Source: Amoebophrya sp. A120
Taxonomy: Eukaryota; Protista; Dinoflagellata
NCBI GenBank assembly: GCA_905178155.1
Contig: CAJINV010000010.1
Span: 521,851-585,850, forward strand
Length of the DNA: 64,000 nt
Reading direction: 5' to 3'
The notes below the pieces were generated by a model. That model saw only the letters and a list, made by a program, of their open reading frames with translations, was not told the origin of the DNA and did not search any database. Both the position numbers and the translations under genes were made by a program. Numbering within the stretch: position 1 is the first letter of the stretch; the number at the start of each line of letters is the position of its first letter. This document shows, piece after piece, positions 50,114-63,203 of the stretch.

Positions 50114-53100
50114 TCACATTGCCATGTTCTCTTTCAACCAGGCGACGACCTTGTGCTTCATTTCTTTATCCGACACGCAGTCTTCGAGCCGCAGCGGCTT
50201 TTGCGTGAGCGGGCACACCGATATGCATTGCAAACATGTCTGGGTCTGGAAGAGTGCCACGCTTGTCATGCAGATTTTACATGACCCATGACGTCTGTAA
50301 TGCATAACCTGGCATCACAGATTTTTAGCGGGCTTTCTGATGCCTATCCCGCATGAGAGCTGCCCTCTCTATGTAGCACAAACTGGACCCCTCTTGCTGG
50401 TGGTCATGCAATACAGATTTTTTTCGAATGCAGAGACAGCATCACACGTTGCAATCTTCCAGACCCAGACATATTTGCATTTGATAACCGAGCCGCACGA
50501 CTCAATCCACTTTTCCAGCGTTTTCTTCTCGAAGTAGTTGCCGTAGGGTGACCGTATCGGGTTGGTCATGTATGAACTGCAAAAGCATCGTACTAGTATA
50601 AATTGCATTACAAATTTCCTCAGCATGAGAAATAAAATTTGTAATGCGGATTTACCTTGAGAAAAAAATTGTAATGCACGATTGATAGTCATATCTACAA
50701 GATCTTTGCAAGACTTGCGAATAATTCAAAATGCTCAAGAGTTCAAGAGTTCAGTGCATCTTTTGAGTTCGGTTCACCCTTTGAGTTCAGTTCACCATTT
50801 GAGTTCAGTTCACAACTTGAGTTCAATTCACTATTTAAATTCAGATATCTTCAAGTCATAACCTCATACTCAAAAGATTCGAATCTCAATTCTCAATCTC
50901 AAATCATAATCGAATCATCTCAAAAGTCGCAACTTCTTATCTCATCTTGGAATCATCAACATCTTATCCTATCTTAAAAATAAAGTCATAATCTTCTCAA
51001 AGTCATAGTCTCAATCTTCATAATTGAATCGACGAGCCTTCATCAAGATGTCAGTCTTCATCTCAAAAGTCATAAATTTAGATCTTGAAGCTTTAATCTT
51101 ATATCTAAAAACTATTCATATTACAGATCGGGGCGCAATATCATCATATCGCAAGGGGGGGGGGGGCGCGGGGGGGGGCGAGGGCCCCCCGCATGTAAGT
51201 CTTCATCTCAAGAATAAAAATCATTCATACAGATTGAGGCGCAATATCATCACATCGAAAGGGCGGGGGGGGCGCGGGGGGGGGGCGAGGGCCCCCCGCA
51301 TTGAGTCTTCATCTCAAAAGTCAGAAATTTAGATCTTGAAGTTATAATCTTATATCTAAAAATTATTCATATTACAGATCGGGGCGCAATATCATCACAT
51401 CGCAAGGGCGGGGGGGGCGCGGGGGGGGGCGAGGGCCCCCCGCATGTAAGTCTTCATCTCAAAAATAAAAAATAACTCATACAGATTGAGGCGCAATATC
51501 ATCACATCGAAAGGGCGGGGGGGGCGCGGGGGGGGGCGAGGGCCCCCCGCATGTGAGTCTTCACATCAAAAGTCATAGGCTTAGATCTTAAAGTTGCCAA
51601 GATATCTGCAAACCAACGAGACTGCCCAGGGAAGGAAGCAAACGCGGGAGCAGGCTGAGGCCCATCAGGCTATAACAAACCATGGCGAACATCTTCGATC
51701 GATCGGAAATACGGCGGCAGCTACTCCGGTAAAAAGCCGCTCACAATCTTCTTTCATTCATATATAGAAAGCAAAATCCCCAAAGGAAGTCTGAATAGAG
51801 CGCGTATACATTATGACTATATCACAAAGAGACCTGTCGGCAGGACTTCTAAAAAAAAAACCAACCGGACACGTCGACCCTAAATCTGCCAAGATCTATG
51901 ACCAGTGCAGCGCTGACGTCGGAAGCAGTGCGACATCTGGCCGCACCGTAGAAAATGCTGCGTCGATGGCGTCCGTATAGTCTTCCGAGATTCCCACGAC
52001 TTCGTCCAGAAAAAATTTCGCCCGATGCCACGAAATCAGCCACCAGTCCCCAGTCGCCAGGCGAACACGATGGCGCTCGCTTTCCTTCTGGCGCTTCGGC
52101 TTCTGCGAGGTGAAAAACCACGACACAATGTGGCCACTGGCGGCCTTCGAATCCCCGGCCCAAATGTACTCCGCCGCAACCCCCCTAGCGTTCGGCTCCC
52201 TGTGCTCCTTCTGCGCACCCGTGCGCCGGTGGTAAATGACATCCCGGCGAATTGGCGCAAATCGGCCGCGCTCGCGCGAACCATGCTCCTCCTTCGACAT
52301 TGTGTGCGTGGCGGCTAAGTATCTGAATGTCTTCAAGAAACTAGAAAATAAAAGCGTAGCAGGAAAGAAAGACAGCTTGCTGGAGGAAAAAAATAAAAGC
52401 GTTGGCGGCGATCATAGATCTAAACTAATGCATGAAGATGACAACAGAGGCGCACTGCAAACCAACGCTCTGAGTGCAGTCTGCATGGGTGAGACGGAAA
52501 TAGGTGGTCGCTGTTTGGAAATAGGATGCGCATGGCCGAGGGCATGCGATATATAAGACAAGACTTTCAACATGAGCGGCCTACGCGCCTACCGCGGCTG
52601 TTTTCCGCTCTCCGGCACTCTACGGTCTAAAACGATCCACGGCGCGACGATTCAAGTGCGGGCCACTAGCGCAGCCAATTTAAGAACGTAATCAAGTCAA
52701 TACTCCAAGCCTACGGCGGAGATCCAAGCGCCTGCTAAGTACCTAGAGCGATCGGGCATGGGGCTAAGGCGTTCGACTTCTATCTTCTTTCAAAAGAGGG
52801 CTCGGCCTGCTGCAAGTATGCGCCGTCCCCCTAGCGGGGGCAGGTGGCGGCGCGCATGCATGTTCACGCGGAATCTGCCCGAGGTGTGTCCCCTGCCAGG
52901 CATGATTTACCGCCCCGCGCGTCGTGCGCTCGGGTCGCGGTGTCAATCGCTTCCAGATCAGATGCTGTTTGCAGTTTATGCCAAGTTACGTCGCGCTGCC
53001 CCGTGCGCTGCTTCCCCGCCCCAGACTGTGAACTCTGTGAAAATTGCTCTTTCTAGCGCAAGTTTGCGATGTCAAACCGAGCGGGCGAAGCTATTCGAGT

Positions 53101-56100
53101 CTCGTTGCAATTACTACGAGTACGATACTTTTGCACAGGATATCATGACCTTGCCGTCGATCTCGCAACGGAACTCCGGTGGTGCGTTATCCAAAGGAAA
53201 AAACCCCCCTCCCCATACTGAAAAGGTATATGTTTGGAGATTTGTGATGCTGATTTGTAGTCACAAATCGTATCTGTCTTGCAAGAAGCCAACTCCGCAG
53301 GCTCCGCCGCATTGTGCAGGCGGTTTGTCATGCTCTTGGGCCTACAGCGCGATTTTTTTTCATGCTAAGTGCCTAGGCCAAAGCCTCTCTATTCACACTT
53401 AATATGGGCCTGCAGTGCTCTCCAGCATGACAGCTCGGATTTGTGTACACACATCCAGCATCAGAAACTTCGTTTTGATATGGGCAGGGGGGATTTTTCC
53501 ATTCAATATGCGTCGATGAGTGATCGCGAGGCGATCTTGATCTTGCCCTTTTCCTTCTTCTCGCTTATGAAATGCAAATATGTTCGGGAGGTCTGGAAAC
53601 TACTTGTAATGCTGAATAGTCAGGATTGACTGTGCCTTTAAGCGCAGTACAGCATGACCAAATTTTCAAACGCTTTCTCAAGCGCAGAACGCATTACAAA
53701 CTGCGCTTTTGCAAGACGAAAGCGAAACTGTAGCGCTTTACATATAATTTGCTGTGTACTGTACGCAATACAGATTTTTTAAATATGCGACACACGCAAT
53801 ACAGGTTCAACCTTTCCAGAACCAGACGGCATATTTGCAGTTGATATCCTTTTTGTTTTCCTGATTGGTGTCCAGGGCAGGAAGGTCGCCCAAGTTTGTC
53901 TGGTCGTATTGGCTTGTTGCCGGGACGGCCTGCTGCTGCGCTTGCTGCTCGGCGAGCTGTATGAATTGCAAAAATGTCTGGGTCCGGAAGGTTGGAACTT
54001 GTCATGCTGAATCTGAATCACGCAAAACTCTGTGTTGCATGATTACCAAATGCTGCCTACTTTTGATCAAGTTGAGAGGCAGTTTTTTCACGCAGGATAG
54101 GCATGATAGTGATCTCACGGAATCTGTCATGCTAGGTCCTCCATTACAGATCATATGGGTCATGGAAAACCTGCATGACAAGTCGAGCAAAGTTCCAGAC
54201 CCGGACATTTTTGCGTTTGATAAGCTGTGCCGCCTGCTCCGCGGCTTGCTGCTGCTCCATGAGATCCCTGGTGGAGGGGTGGTAGATAAAAGAATTTGGG
54301 TTTTATTCTTTTTCAACATGCGGGGGCGGTGCTGTGTGTTCGTACGGTACTTCGTGCGTTCACTTCATTCACCTCTGGGGGGTGAAAGTGAAAAAACGAT
54401 AGCTAAATACTCTCCTGCAAAGAATCAAAAGTGACGTTGTATACAGGTTTTCCCTTTCCTGTGCCACTGCTGCGGGGTCGTACTGCGTATTCAAAACTTG
54501 CCCAGACAGGGAGGCCAGCTGCTCTTCAAAAATTTTCGCTTGGAGCTCGGTGTAGGGCACCTTTGTTTTTAGATACCAGACTTCACTTCCTCCGCTGTCT
54601 TCTTCACGAGTAAGTACTTACTATGAGAGTCTCATGCAAAAAATGAAATAGGTTGCAGCGAGTGTATTTTTTGCATTTCATCATCCAAAAATCACTATAG
54701 TACAAATAAATACGCAGTCGTCCATTATGAGTGGCTGCCCGCAGATTGGGTCTGTCGCACTAAACTGTAGCCAATCCGCGAGCGCTTGCCGGTCGAAGAC
54801 GTGGCCGTAGGGGGTCTTTACTGGGTCCGTCATAAACGCGCCCGACAACTGGCACAAGGCGTCGTTGTCCGCGTTTTGCTGTAACTCCGTACCGGGTTCC
54901 TGCTGGTACTGCTGGTCCTCGGGATTTTGCCCTTGCCCACTGCCATCCTCCAATATTGTTTGAAAAACCACTTCATCCATCACCTTCACCCTCAGTCATT
55001 TTTGTCATATTATGAGAATTGGTGAAGTCAGGCAGGTCCAAGTTTCAATGTCTACACGGCCACATACTGCAACATGAAGCGAGTGCGCATGACAGATTGT
55101 GGGTTGTCGATGTGATGGTGATTTTGCAAATTCGATATCCATTTCCTCTGTGTCTGACTCTTCTTCGCTGTCGAACATGCTATCTGTTTTGAGAATTTGC
55201 GAAACAGTTATTTCTCCTCTCCCCTGTGCTATCGTAGTATCGGTGTACTTAGCTGCTTCACAAGCTTCACAATACATAGCGACAGCGAGGACGATAATAT
55301 GCATGACAAACAACTCGCTTTTTTACCTTTCTCCTTCTTTCGGACCCACTGCAGGCCGTATTTTCCATTTCGTTTTCGTGTTCGATTCTTGGTTATGGAA
55401 AGGAAACCAATAGTTTTTTCGTACTTAAAGCCCACCAGCAAGAATCATCATGCCTCATGCCTACCTTTCCGCAAGAAGGGCGCGCTAAGTTTTGTTTATT
55501 CTCTGTCACCCGGAGGTTCCAAAAACATCCTAGTCGCTCACGCACATCTTGAGCTGCTGTGGCTTTAATAATGTGAAACCATTTACATTGTTTTCCCATC
55601 CCATACTCTTTCTTCTCCATTTGCTGCGCCCTCTGCCCTCCTCGTCGTCACCCGTAACTGAGTTTTTGATGTGCAGTTGTGTCAACGACAACGTCAAGTA
55701 TCAATCTGCATGAAAGGCACGACTTGTGCTGCAGACATCGCATTACAGATCCGCGCCTGCTATTCAGAAAAAAGACGCGGGCCGCCTCTCCAGCAGCACA
55801 GCTGTGGTCGTCGCAGCCTGCAACAGAACTGCTCGCACAGCCACCCGCAGGACCCCGCGGTTGTGCACTGCGAACAGCGTGTGAGCATCCCGTAGGATAT
55901 GCCGGGCTGCCGCCGGAGCGATGGGTTGTAACGCCGTTCCAAACAGTGTTCCTACCCACGTGCTTTCATTTTCTTACAAATGGAGGATCGGGTAGCCAGA
56001 ATTGCTTTGCTAAATACTACGAAGAAGTAGATTCGGAGGAAACTACTGCAAAGCGGAAGCACGAGGTTCGGCTACAGAAGTTGTTAAGTACCAGCACACA

Positions 56101-59055
56101 AACAGCTTTTTACCCACTTGAATGACATTTTTACTTGACAAAAAAATCCTTTGATTACTTACCTCCCATCCCATTCGCCCCGACGTCGTCCGAAATTTCG
56201 CCGAACAAGAAGGGCATCATCTGCATGGCCTTCACATTCGCCCGCGACAGGGGCAGACTATGTCCCGAAGACTCCACCACCCTGCGCTGCAACCGCTGCT
56301 GCCTTTCGGGCGGCAGCTGCGCATACGCCTGCTCGACGACTTGAAGAATCTCGTCCTTAAACCTTGCTTTGCTAATATCGGCGTTGACCAGAATCTTGAA
56401 AATCAGTTCCATATGGGTCAGGCTGGAGGGGACTAGTGGCGCCTCCAAGATGCGCAGCAAAAAGTCCGTGTCCTGGATATAACTTGCTCAGCTGCTACAA
56501 CCTCATCCTCAAATCGGTTACCCTAGAATATGAAAATCTGTGAAGCAAGAACCCTACTCCCACAGGATTGCGCATGACAAGTTCTGGAGTCCCAATCCGC
56601 ACTAGAATCTGGCGACATTTGTATTGCAGAAAGTGAAACGCTGCGCGTATCTGTCATGCTCATCCTGCAACACAAAACCCAGACTGTATTGTAACGCTTG
56701 ATGAGATTGTAACGGTTGAGCAGGTCATACTGGAAGTGCGCACGGAAAACGTTGATGTTGAACGTGATGACAACGAAGGTCTGCAGTGTCGCCTTCAGGT
56801 TTTGGTACTCAATCCCGTCGAGAGTAAATTTCGTGTTTTCGTACCTGAAATGTTGATACTTAAGTCATAATGGGTTTTTTGTGCATGTTAAGCAGAAAAA
56901 ATGAAAAGAAACAAAGATCTTTAGTACACGATTCCCATGCGAACTCTAGCAACCACCATTGAAGTGAAAATCAGAATACAGTGCCGGCAAGATGTTGTCA
57001 ACGTAGGGGAACATGATGTCTTGGATTATCGTTGATTGCGTCGCCATATGAATTGCAAAAGTATCGCACTTGTATAAATGCATTGCAAATTTTCTCAGCA
57101 TGAGAAATAAAATCTGTAATGCTGATTTACCCTAAGAAAAAGCTTTGTAATGCATGACTGCAATACGAGTGCGATACTTTTGCACAGGATACGCCAGGTG
57201 CATCCTTAATTTCTTCTGGTTTTCGCTGCAGTACAGCAGGCAGTTGTATGACAGTGCACAACTCCCTTTGCTCCGCCAGATTTGTATAGCATGAGCGGCG
57301 AATACAAGCATCAGCAAGAGTACCGGTTTTACATGACAAATTTGCACTGGAGCGTAGTGCTATTTGGGTTACCAGAACTTGTCATGCATACTCGTGACAG
57401 GAGGGAAAGCGTAGAGTTGGTATTCTGCATGAGAAATGAGATCAAGGGGGAGTTGTGCACTATCATAAGTTGTGCAGCGCGGTGAGAAAGAACCGGATGA
57501 TGATATCCGTTCGCAGATGCGACTGCTGGTGCTGGCAAATGCAGCGCCCAAAGGCGTCTACCAGTTCGAACTCAATGATAGACATGATAAGTCCGTTCAC
57601 GTGCTTGTTCAGCAGGGCGGTGAGTTTCGCGGGGATATGGGAAGGGAAAAAGATTGGACAGCAAATTTACACTCGGTGGACAGGATTTGTGATTTTGTGA
57701 TGCAGATGCGACAATAGAGTTGTAGTAGCTATTGCCAGCACCACGAATACGATGCTGCTGATTTATCAACTGTTGCTGTGCTGTTCTTGTTCTGACGCGC
57801 ATTCTGTGGCTCATGAATACACGCATCACAAATCCTCCCTACGTCCTCGCTGTTGGATCCAATCGTCTTTTTCTTCCAGCGTAAATGTCTTGGTTGTTGT
57901 AATCCTCATCCATCTTCTCATCGCGAAAAAACCTGATACGTTGTTTTCTATTTTGCTGTACTGCTAGTGTTAGTGATCATGAATGGTGCGCATGACAAAT
58001 CATATCATGCGTCTCAATCATGCATCACAAAACTCCTGATTATACACTGCATCCGCTGTCGTCAAGTCCACCAGACATCGTGCTGCTGCCTCCTGCGTAT
58101 CCAAGACCAAGAATTTTCTCGAGTTGCGCCTTGGAACATCAAATGGTCCCGTCTGTATTGAGAAATGTTGCAGCGGATGCAACCCTGTATTTTTGCAATC
58201 CACGTACTACTGCGTGGTATCGTGTCTACAGATGATGATGACATCTTCAACAACTTTATCCCTGTCATAACCTCGAAACTTCAAATTCTGTCATGGATAC
58301 TGCAGCTGAAACGTGCACTCGCCGCACCGGATGACGAAGCACACAAGTGACACCGCACCGGCTATGTCGTTATTCGTGAGTTCCATTAAATGCTTGCCGG
58401 TCACCGTTTCGTACCCTACTACTGAAAAAAGCGTCTGGAGCATGTACCTGAATTTCAGTTTTGAAGTATTTATAATTCGGTTCCATTTATTTTCATCGGG
58501 GGGCTCGGAAGGACTTTTATTGCGATGAGTTGTTGCGGTTCTCTGTCTTCTGTTCGCGCATGACAAACGCAAGTTCCGTCCTAAAGATAGAACAAGCACG
58601 TAGTTCTGAAAAAGATTTTTTCTATTGCAAAATTATCCGATATACATCCTCAACAAGCCGGTCACCCCAGGCTGCACCCATTCGTAGGTTTCGACGCAGT
58701 TGAGCAACACATCGTAGATTTCGTTGATGTTCATCAACAGTGCCACCAAATGCTCCAGCACCCGCTCCTGCCCCAGGAACATGGAGATTTTGGTCAACGC
58801 GGCAAAGCACGTTTCGTACAGCTCGAAGTTTTCCACTTCCGTGCCGCATATCGCGAATTCCAGGCAGTTATACAGAATCGACACGGAGTTCGGGTCCCCG
58901 TGCTTGCTCATGCCCCAGGCGCCAAGCAAGTCCCCGAAATCCGGGTGGAAGTCATCAGTTTCCTGCTTTGCCTTCAACTCCTCTTGCAGCGTCTGGAGTA
59001 AAAGCTCAATGTCGTCATTGAGGACTTCGAAGTCCACCTCATCGGGCCCCGACAT
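50114..59055 (-). CDS. U-box E3 ligase-like protein with two U-box domains and a helical N-terminal region
   Basis: LCQLSGAFMTDPVKTPYGHVFDRQALADWL..DPICGQPL (54700-54860) and PPEFRCEIDGKVM|TNPIRSPYGNYFEKKTLEKWIESCGSV|CPLTQKPL. A single-gene model from MSGPDEV at 59055 is inferred. Confidence 0.7.
50222..50486. mobile_element. Introner family A
   Basis: TSD ACCGA. Confidence 0.95.
50571..53142. mobile_element. Introner family E carrying a ~2.4-kb insert
   Basis: Left E end at 50571, right E end at 53142, perfect TSD TCATG; removal restores the U-box. Confidence 0.9.
51053..51595. repeat. Higher-order repeat (~251-bp period) containing four G-run/C-run hairpin motifs
   Basis: GGGGGGGGCGCGGGGGGGGGCGAGGGCCCCCCGCAT near 51155, 51262, 51407 and 51514. 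Confidence 0.88.
53188..53508. mobile_element. Introner family H (321 bp)
   Basis: TSD TGCGT. Confidence 0.93.
53566..53846. mobile_element. Introner family A, diverged
   Basis: TSD TCGCT/TCCTT. Confidence 0.85.
53960..54222. mobile_element. Introner family A
   Basis: TSD AGCTG; same subfamily as 911. Confidence 0.95.
56478..56729. mobile_element. Introner family K (252 bp)
   Basis: TIR TATAACTTGCTCAGCTGCTACAACCTCATC; TSD CTGGA. Confidence 0.9.
57047..57191. mobile_element. Introner family E (145 bp)
   Basis: TSD CGCCA. Confidence 0.93.
57247..57467. mobile_element. Introner family I (221 bp)
   Basis: TSD AGTTG. Confidence 0.92.
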
Positions 59056-60001
59056 CTTGGCGGCTGAGGTGGAAATGTGGTTTCAACAACAAGGTTGCAG
59101 GATGTAATATCCCCGTCTCGTCCTCGGCGTGGTAATTCGTGAAGAAAGCAACAAATACAATCCCGTCAACAGAGTCGCATTTTTATTCAGTCTCACTCTC
59201 AGCAGTTAAATAAAGTTGCACGGAAAATAAAGTTGTAGTTTGTCATCCATATTGAAGCTGCTTGAAAAAAATTCCCCGCTACAGAGCCAAGTGGCTCTTA
59301 TTCATGTTTAGAAGGTTTATTTGCTTTGATTTAAGATGGTGCTGTGCAATCTAGCGGGTCGTCATTTCTCATTCGTGAAATAACACGACCGTGTAGTAAT
59401 TCATCTAGAAGAGGATACAGGACACTGGCAGCCAGGTTTTTTGAAAACAAGAACCTCCACAGCACTCGTTACTACCAGTCACTTACATGCAACTACACGA
59501 CCACTCCGGGGCATGGGCTGTTCACTCCATATCAGTGTGAAGAACTTTATTCCAATCGCTCTCATGGTCTTCCACAACTGAACTTTATCCTTTCGGAGTA
59601 GAAGTTCGAGGAGTTTGAATATCATGTAATCCTTCCCTCAGTTCCTTGCATACGGACGCGTGGTCACGGTGGTGGTCGCGTCGTGAAACACGACAACGCT
59701 CAAGTGGAGGATGAACACGTATTTTTACCCCAGAACGACAGGTGTACTACTTCTACCAGGAATGCGTTTTTGCTGGTACTACTGTCGACGTATGCTATTC
59801 TACCTATCACTTGCCGCGGTCCTCGCCTGTAGGACGACCTGTACAACAACATTTACTCTTTTGTCATTTGGCAAAAAATCCACCTGGCATATACGGTGTT
59901 CTCCTAAAATTCGGCACAATTTCCACGTACCACGGACGAGAATATTCGTGGCGGTGGCCACGATGAACATCATAGTGCCATAAATCACTTCCTCTCTATT
60001 A

Positions 60002-62302
60002 TCACGTTGCCATTCCCCGCAACTGCGCCACCAGGGCGAGCATCCTTGCGGCGAACGCCTCCAACGCAAAAATCTCCTTTCCCGATTTCGCGATGGACAC
60101 CGTGTAAACGCTCGCGACGTTCCAGATCTGATCCGTGATGGCCGGCGCCATCTCCGCCATTTGCACGCAAATGGTTTCGAGCACCAACTGGGCACTGATC
60201 GTGGCCGCGAGCAGGGTGTAAAACTTCGCCCGGATCTCCAGCACCGTTTTTGGCACAAAGGGCCCGCCGAGGAGGGACGTGGCGATGGACTTGCACAACT
60301 TCTCCCACGGCGCGTCAGGAATCTCCTGCATCCACTGCGGCTGCTGCTGGTTCGCCATCATGGTGACCATCGTTTCCAGAATTAACAGCGCTTTCCGCAT
60401 GTCCTGCCTGCAAGCGTGGACGATTTTTTCGAAGTTGGTGATCCCGATCAGGTTGTGCAGATTCTCCTTCTCGAGCGTTTTCTTCAAATTCGCAACTATC
60501 TCCCCCTCGCTCGGCAACGGTAGTCGGTACACGTAGCAACGCGACTAGTATGAGAGTTCATAACTCCCCCTCATTTGTATGACATAAAGAGCATTACAAA
60601 CACCACCCAGTACAGGTGGACCGTGTGCATGACAAGTTTATGCGCCGAGTGTAGAAGTACTGTTTGGATTTCCGGAATTTGTCATGCACGCGGTGCCACA
60701 AGGTAGCAGCTGGATTTGGGTTTTTGCATGACAACTGAGGGGGAGGGGGAGTTGTGCACAGTCATAACTGGATGGGAAGAATCATGGCCCCGATGCTGTT
60801 GGAGACGAAAATGAACCGGTTTGTCTCCGTATCCAAGACAAAAACGTTGTTAGTGTAAATTTGTGATGCGCAACATGAGAGATGACTGCGTCTGTCATGC
60901 TTGGCATGCATTGTAGGGTTCATTACAGGGCGTTTTCACGTACTATCTGCGCATGACAGGTTTTTGCTGTCATGCCAGACAGATTTGTAATGCTGTTCCT
61001 CCAAAAAAGATACACCTACAATGTTTTTTTCTTGGATACTCCGATCGCACCTCGATCAGCCGGCGCAGCGCGGTCTGACACTCGTTTGACAGCTTGTCTG
61101 CACCTTTAAGAATCACCACCTTGAAGGCCGCGCGGTTCAGCTGTGAAAAAGAATAAGAAGTGAATGCGAAATATAATATCCAGGGCTTCGTCTTTGTGTC
61201 CTGCACAACCTCAGTGCGATTCAGTCGCGCGAGGATCATCTTAATAAGTAAGTACTATATGCACATCAATTCTACTCATGTCGTAGTCCGTGCTTCAGCT
61301 TCATCGCGCGTCAACGTCGAACAGTTTGTTGTGAAAGAAACACCTAACACTACAAATACCGGCCGCTCCCCGGTGAACTCTTTGAGCAAAGTTTTCGCCA
61401 CTTTGACATCTTTGATTCCCACGTCAGACAGGTTGATTTCCATGTGAAACAGCGAGGTTTTGGCACAAATCTCAAACTTTCCACTGCCCTCGCCGCAGAT
61501 TCGCATTTTGGTCGTGTTGTCGTCGATCGAGTGCCCGAAAATCTGCCGGAGCAGGGCGTAGACCTGTGGAGTAGAGGGATTAGGTTTTCCATTTGTTCCA
61601 CTTCGCTCGTATGGCAAGACAAATTCAAATTCCAACCATGCTCGGTGGCAATCATGCAATACAATTTTGAGTTTCCTGTCGTAGTATACATTCATACATG
61701 GTCTATACCCTGGTCATTTTCCCAGCGCCATTTGGTCCGTACAACAGCAGATGCGGCAGCTCTTTCGACTTCGCCGCGTTGAGCATGAGACGCGAAAACT
61801 CGCCGTGGAAATCCATATCGTCCAAATATTGCGGCTGGTACTTGTCCACCCACAGCAGCGACGGGCCCTCCGCGGAAGGTTTCGTCACGATTCTTCGTTT
61901 CTTCAAAACGAAAAAGTCCTCCTTGCTAGCCGCCGCGCCGTCGTTTTGGTTTATTCCGACAGCAGGAGGAGCCATGGGGTGGAGACCACCTGTTGTCCCA
62001 GAAGTAGAGGAAGCCCCGGCCACCGCACCACCGTCTTGCTGATAATTCCCCGTCGCCATTAGCAGTGGGTGCGGTTTATTTTCAGTGGTGGCATCTGCTG
62101 CAGCGGCACTACCTGCAGCTCCACTATTGGCTGCGAACAACCCCTTAGCAGTAGTACCTGCGGTGCTGGAAGAGGACGAAGAACTGGCGCCGCCCTGGTT
62201 TGTGGTCTGCTTCGAAGAAGTTTGCTTAGAACCAGCCGGCCGCTTCATCGGCTGGGCCGCAGTGGTGCCCGGCTTCGGGAGACCCAGGAGACTACCCAAC
62301 AT
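60002..62302 (-). CDS. RFC3: Replication factor C small subunit (human RFC3 / yeast Rfc5 type)
   Basis: LWVDKYQP, LPHLLLYGPNGAGKMT, FKVVILKGADKLSNECQTALRRLIE, ILPIQ|SRCY, DMRKALLILE, LEAFAARML. Confidence 0.9.
60549..60766. mobile_element. Introner family I (218 bp)
   Basis: TSD ACTAG/ACTGG; sits immediately before the SRC motif. Confidence 0.92.
60830..61038. mobile_element. Introner, B-like variant L (209 bp)
   Basis: TIR TATCCAAGACAAAAACGTTGT; TSD CTCCG. Confidence 0.9.
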
Positions 62303-63203
62303 GGTTCTTTCACTTTTGCTACTAGCTCGTGCTACAAGGGGGCAACACGGCTTGTAGCTTTAGTTCGAGCTACACCTTGGTTTAGCTTAGTTACTTCTCA
62401 ACTATGCGCAAATCGCTTTTATCATTCCGAGCTCGGCTGCTTCGATGTCTATCTAATGCTAGAATGAAAAGGAACATCCCTGAAATAAAGCCGGTTGATG
62501 TTGGTGCTGCTGCTAAATGAGCTGCTGTTGATGTCTCTGCGTAACTAGAGTTCGCGATGATCTCGGTAACCGGACTGTGAAGTGGCCTTTGTTCTGAGGG
62601 TAATCGTAATGCCTACAAGATATTAGTATACCAAACAACGGGTTGCAAAAGGGCTACAGATTGACTCGCCATCTTCGTCCTTTGGCAAAAGAATAGGCGA
62701 AGAGGAAGAGTCATCTAGAGTCATGAACATCATGATCCTCAAACCTAAATGAATGATCCTCGATGTTGTTGGTGGTGCACCATGGAAAACACCAAAAATG
62801 GATCTTCTCTGTCTCCGTTCAAACACGACACTGCTGGAAGATGTAGCTGAAGCGGAAAACGACTGACCTGTGCTTCACAATCAACATGATGCCCCCGGCT
62901 GCAGTATGTCCTCACCTGCGGACCAGGATTAAGCCGATTACTTAGAACAGCTACATCAAATTTAATCTGTTACAAGGCGGAAACAATTCGGATAAAATCA
63001 GAGCAATATTCTCGGGAAGAAACTACTGCTTTTCCGTGTGATAGATGTAGACTACGACGCCAGCGAATAAAACATGGAAAAGAATCTCGAAAATGAAACA
63101 TCAGAACTCAATTTTTCATTTTTGTTTCACGAGCCAGAACATCATCTCCTCAACAACCGAGCAGTTTATTTGGTCGCTCCTCTCTTCTAGTCGTGTCATT
63201 CCC

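Noticed and set aside
723-54434. Recurring peptides in the ORF track (LPDPDIFAFD, KCKNVWVWK, MSGSGR, FQTQTFLHL) as a repeat-protein family
   Set aside because: They are six-frame translations of the family A TIR, not proteins.
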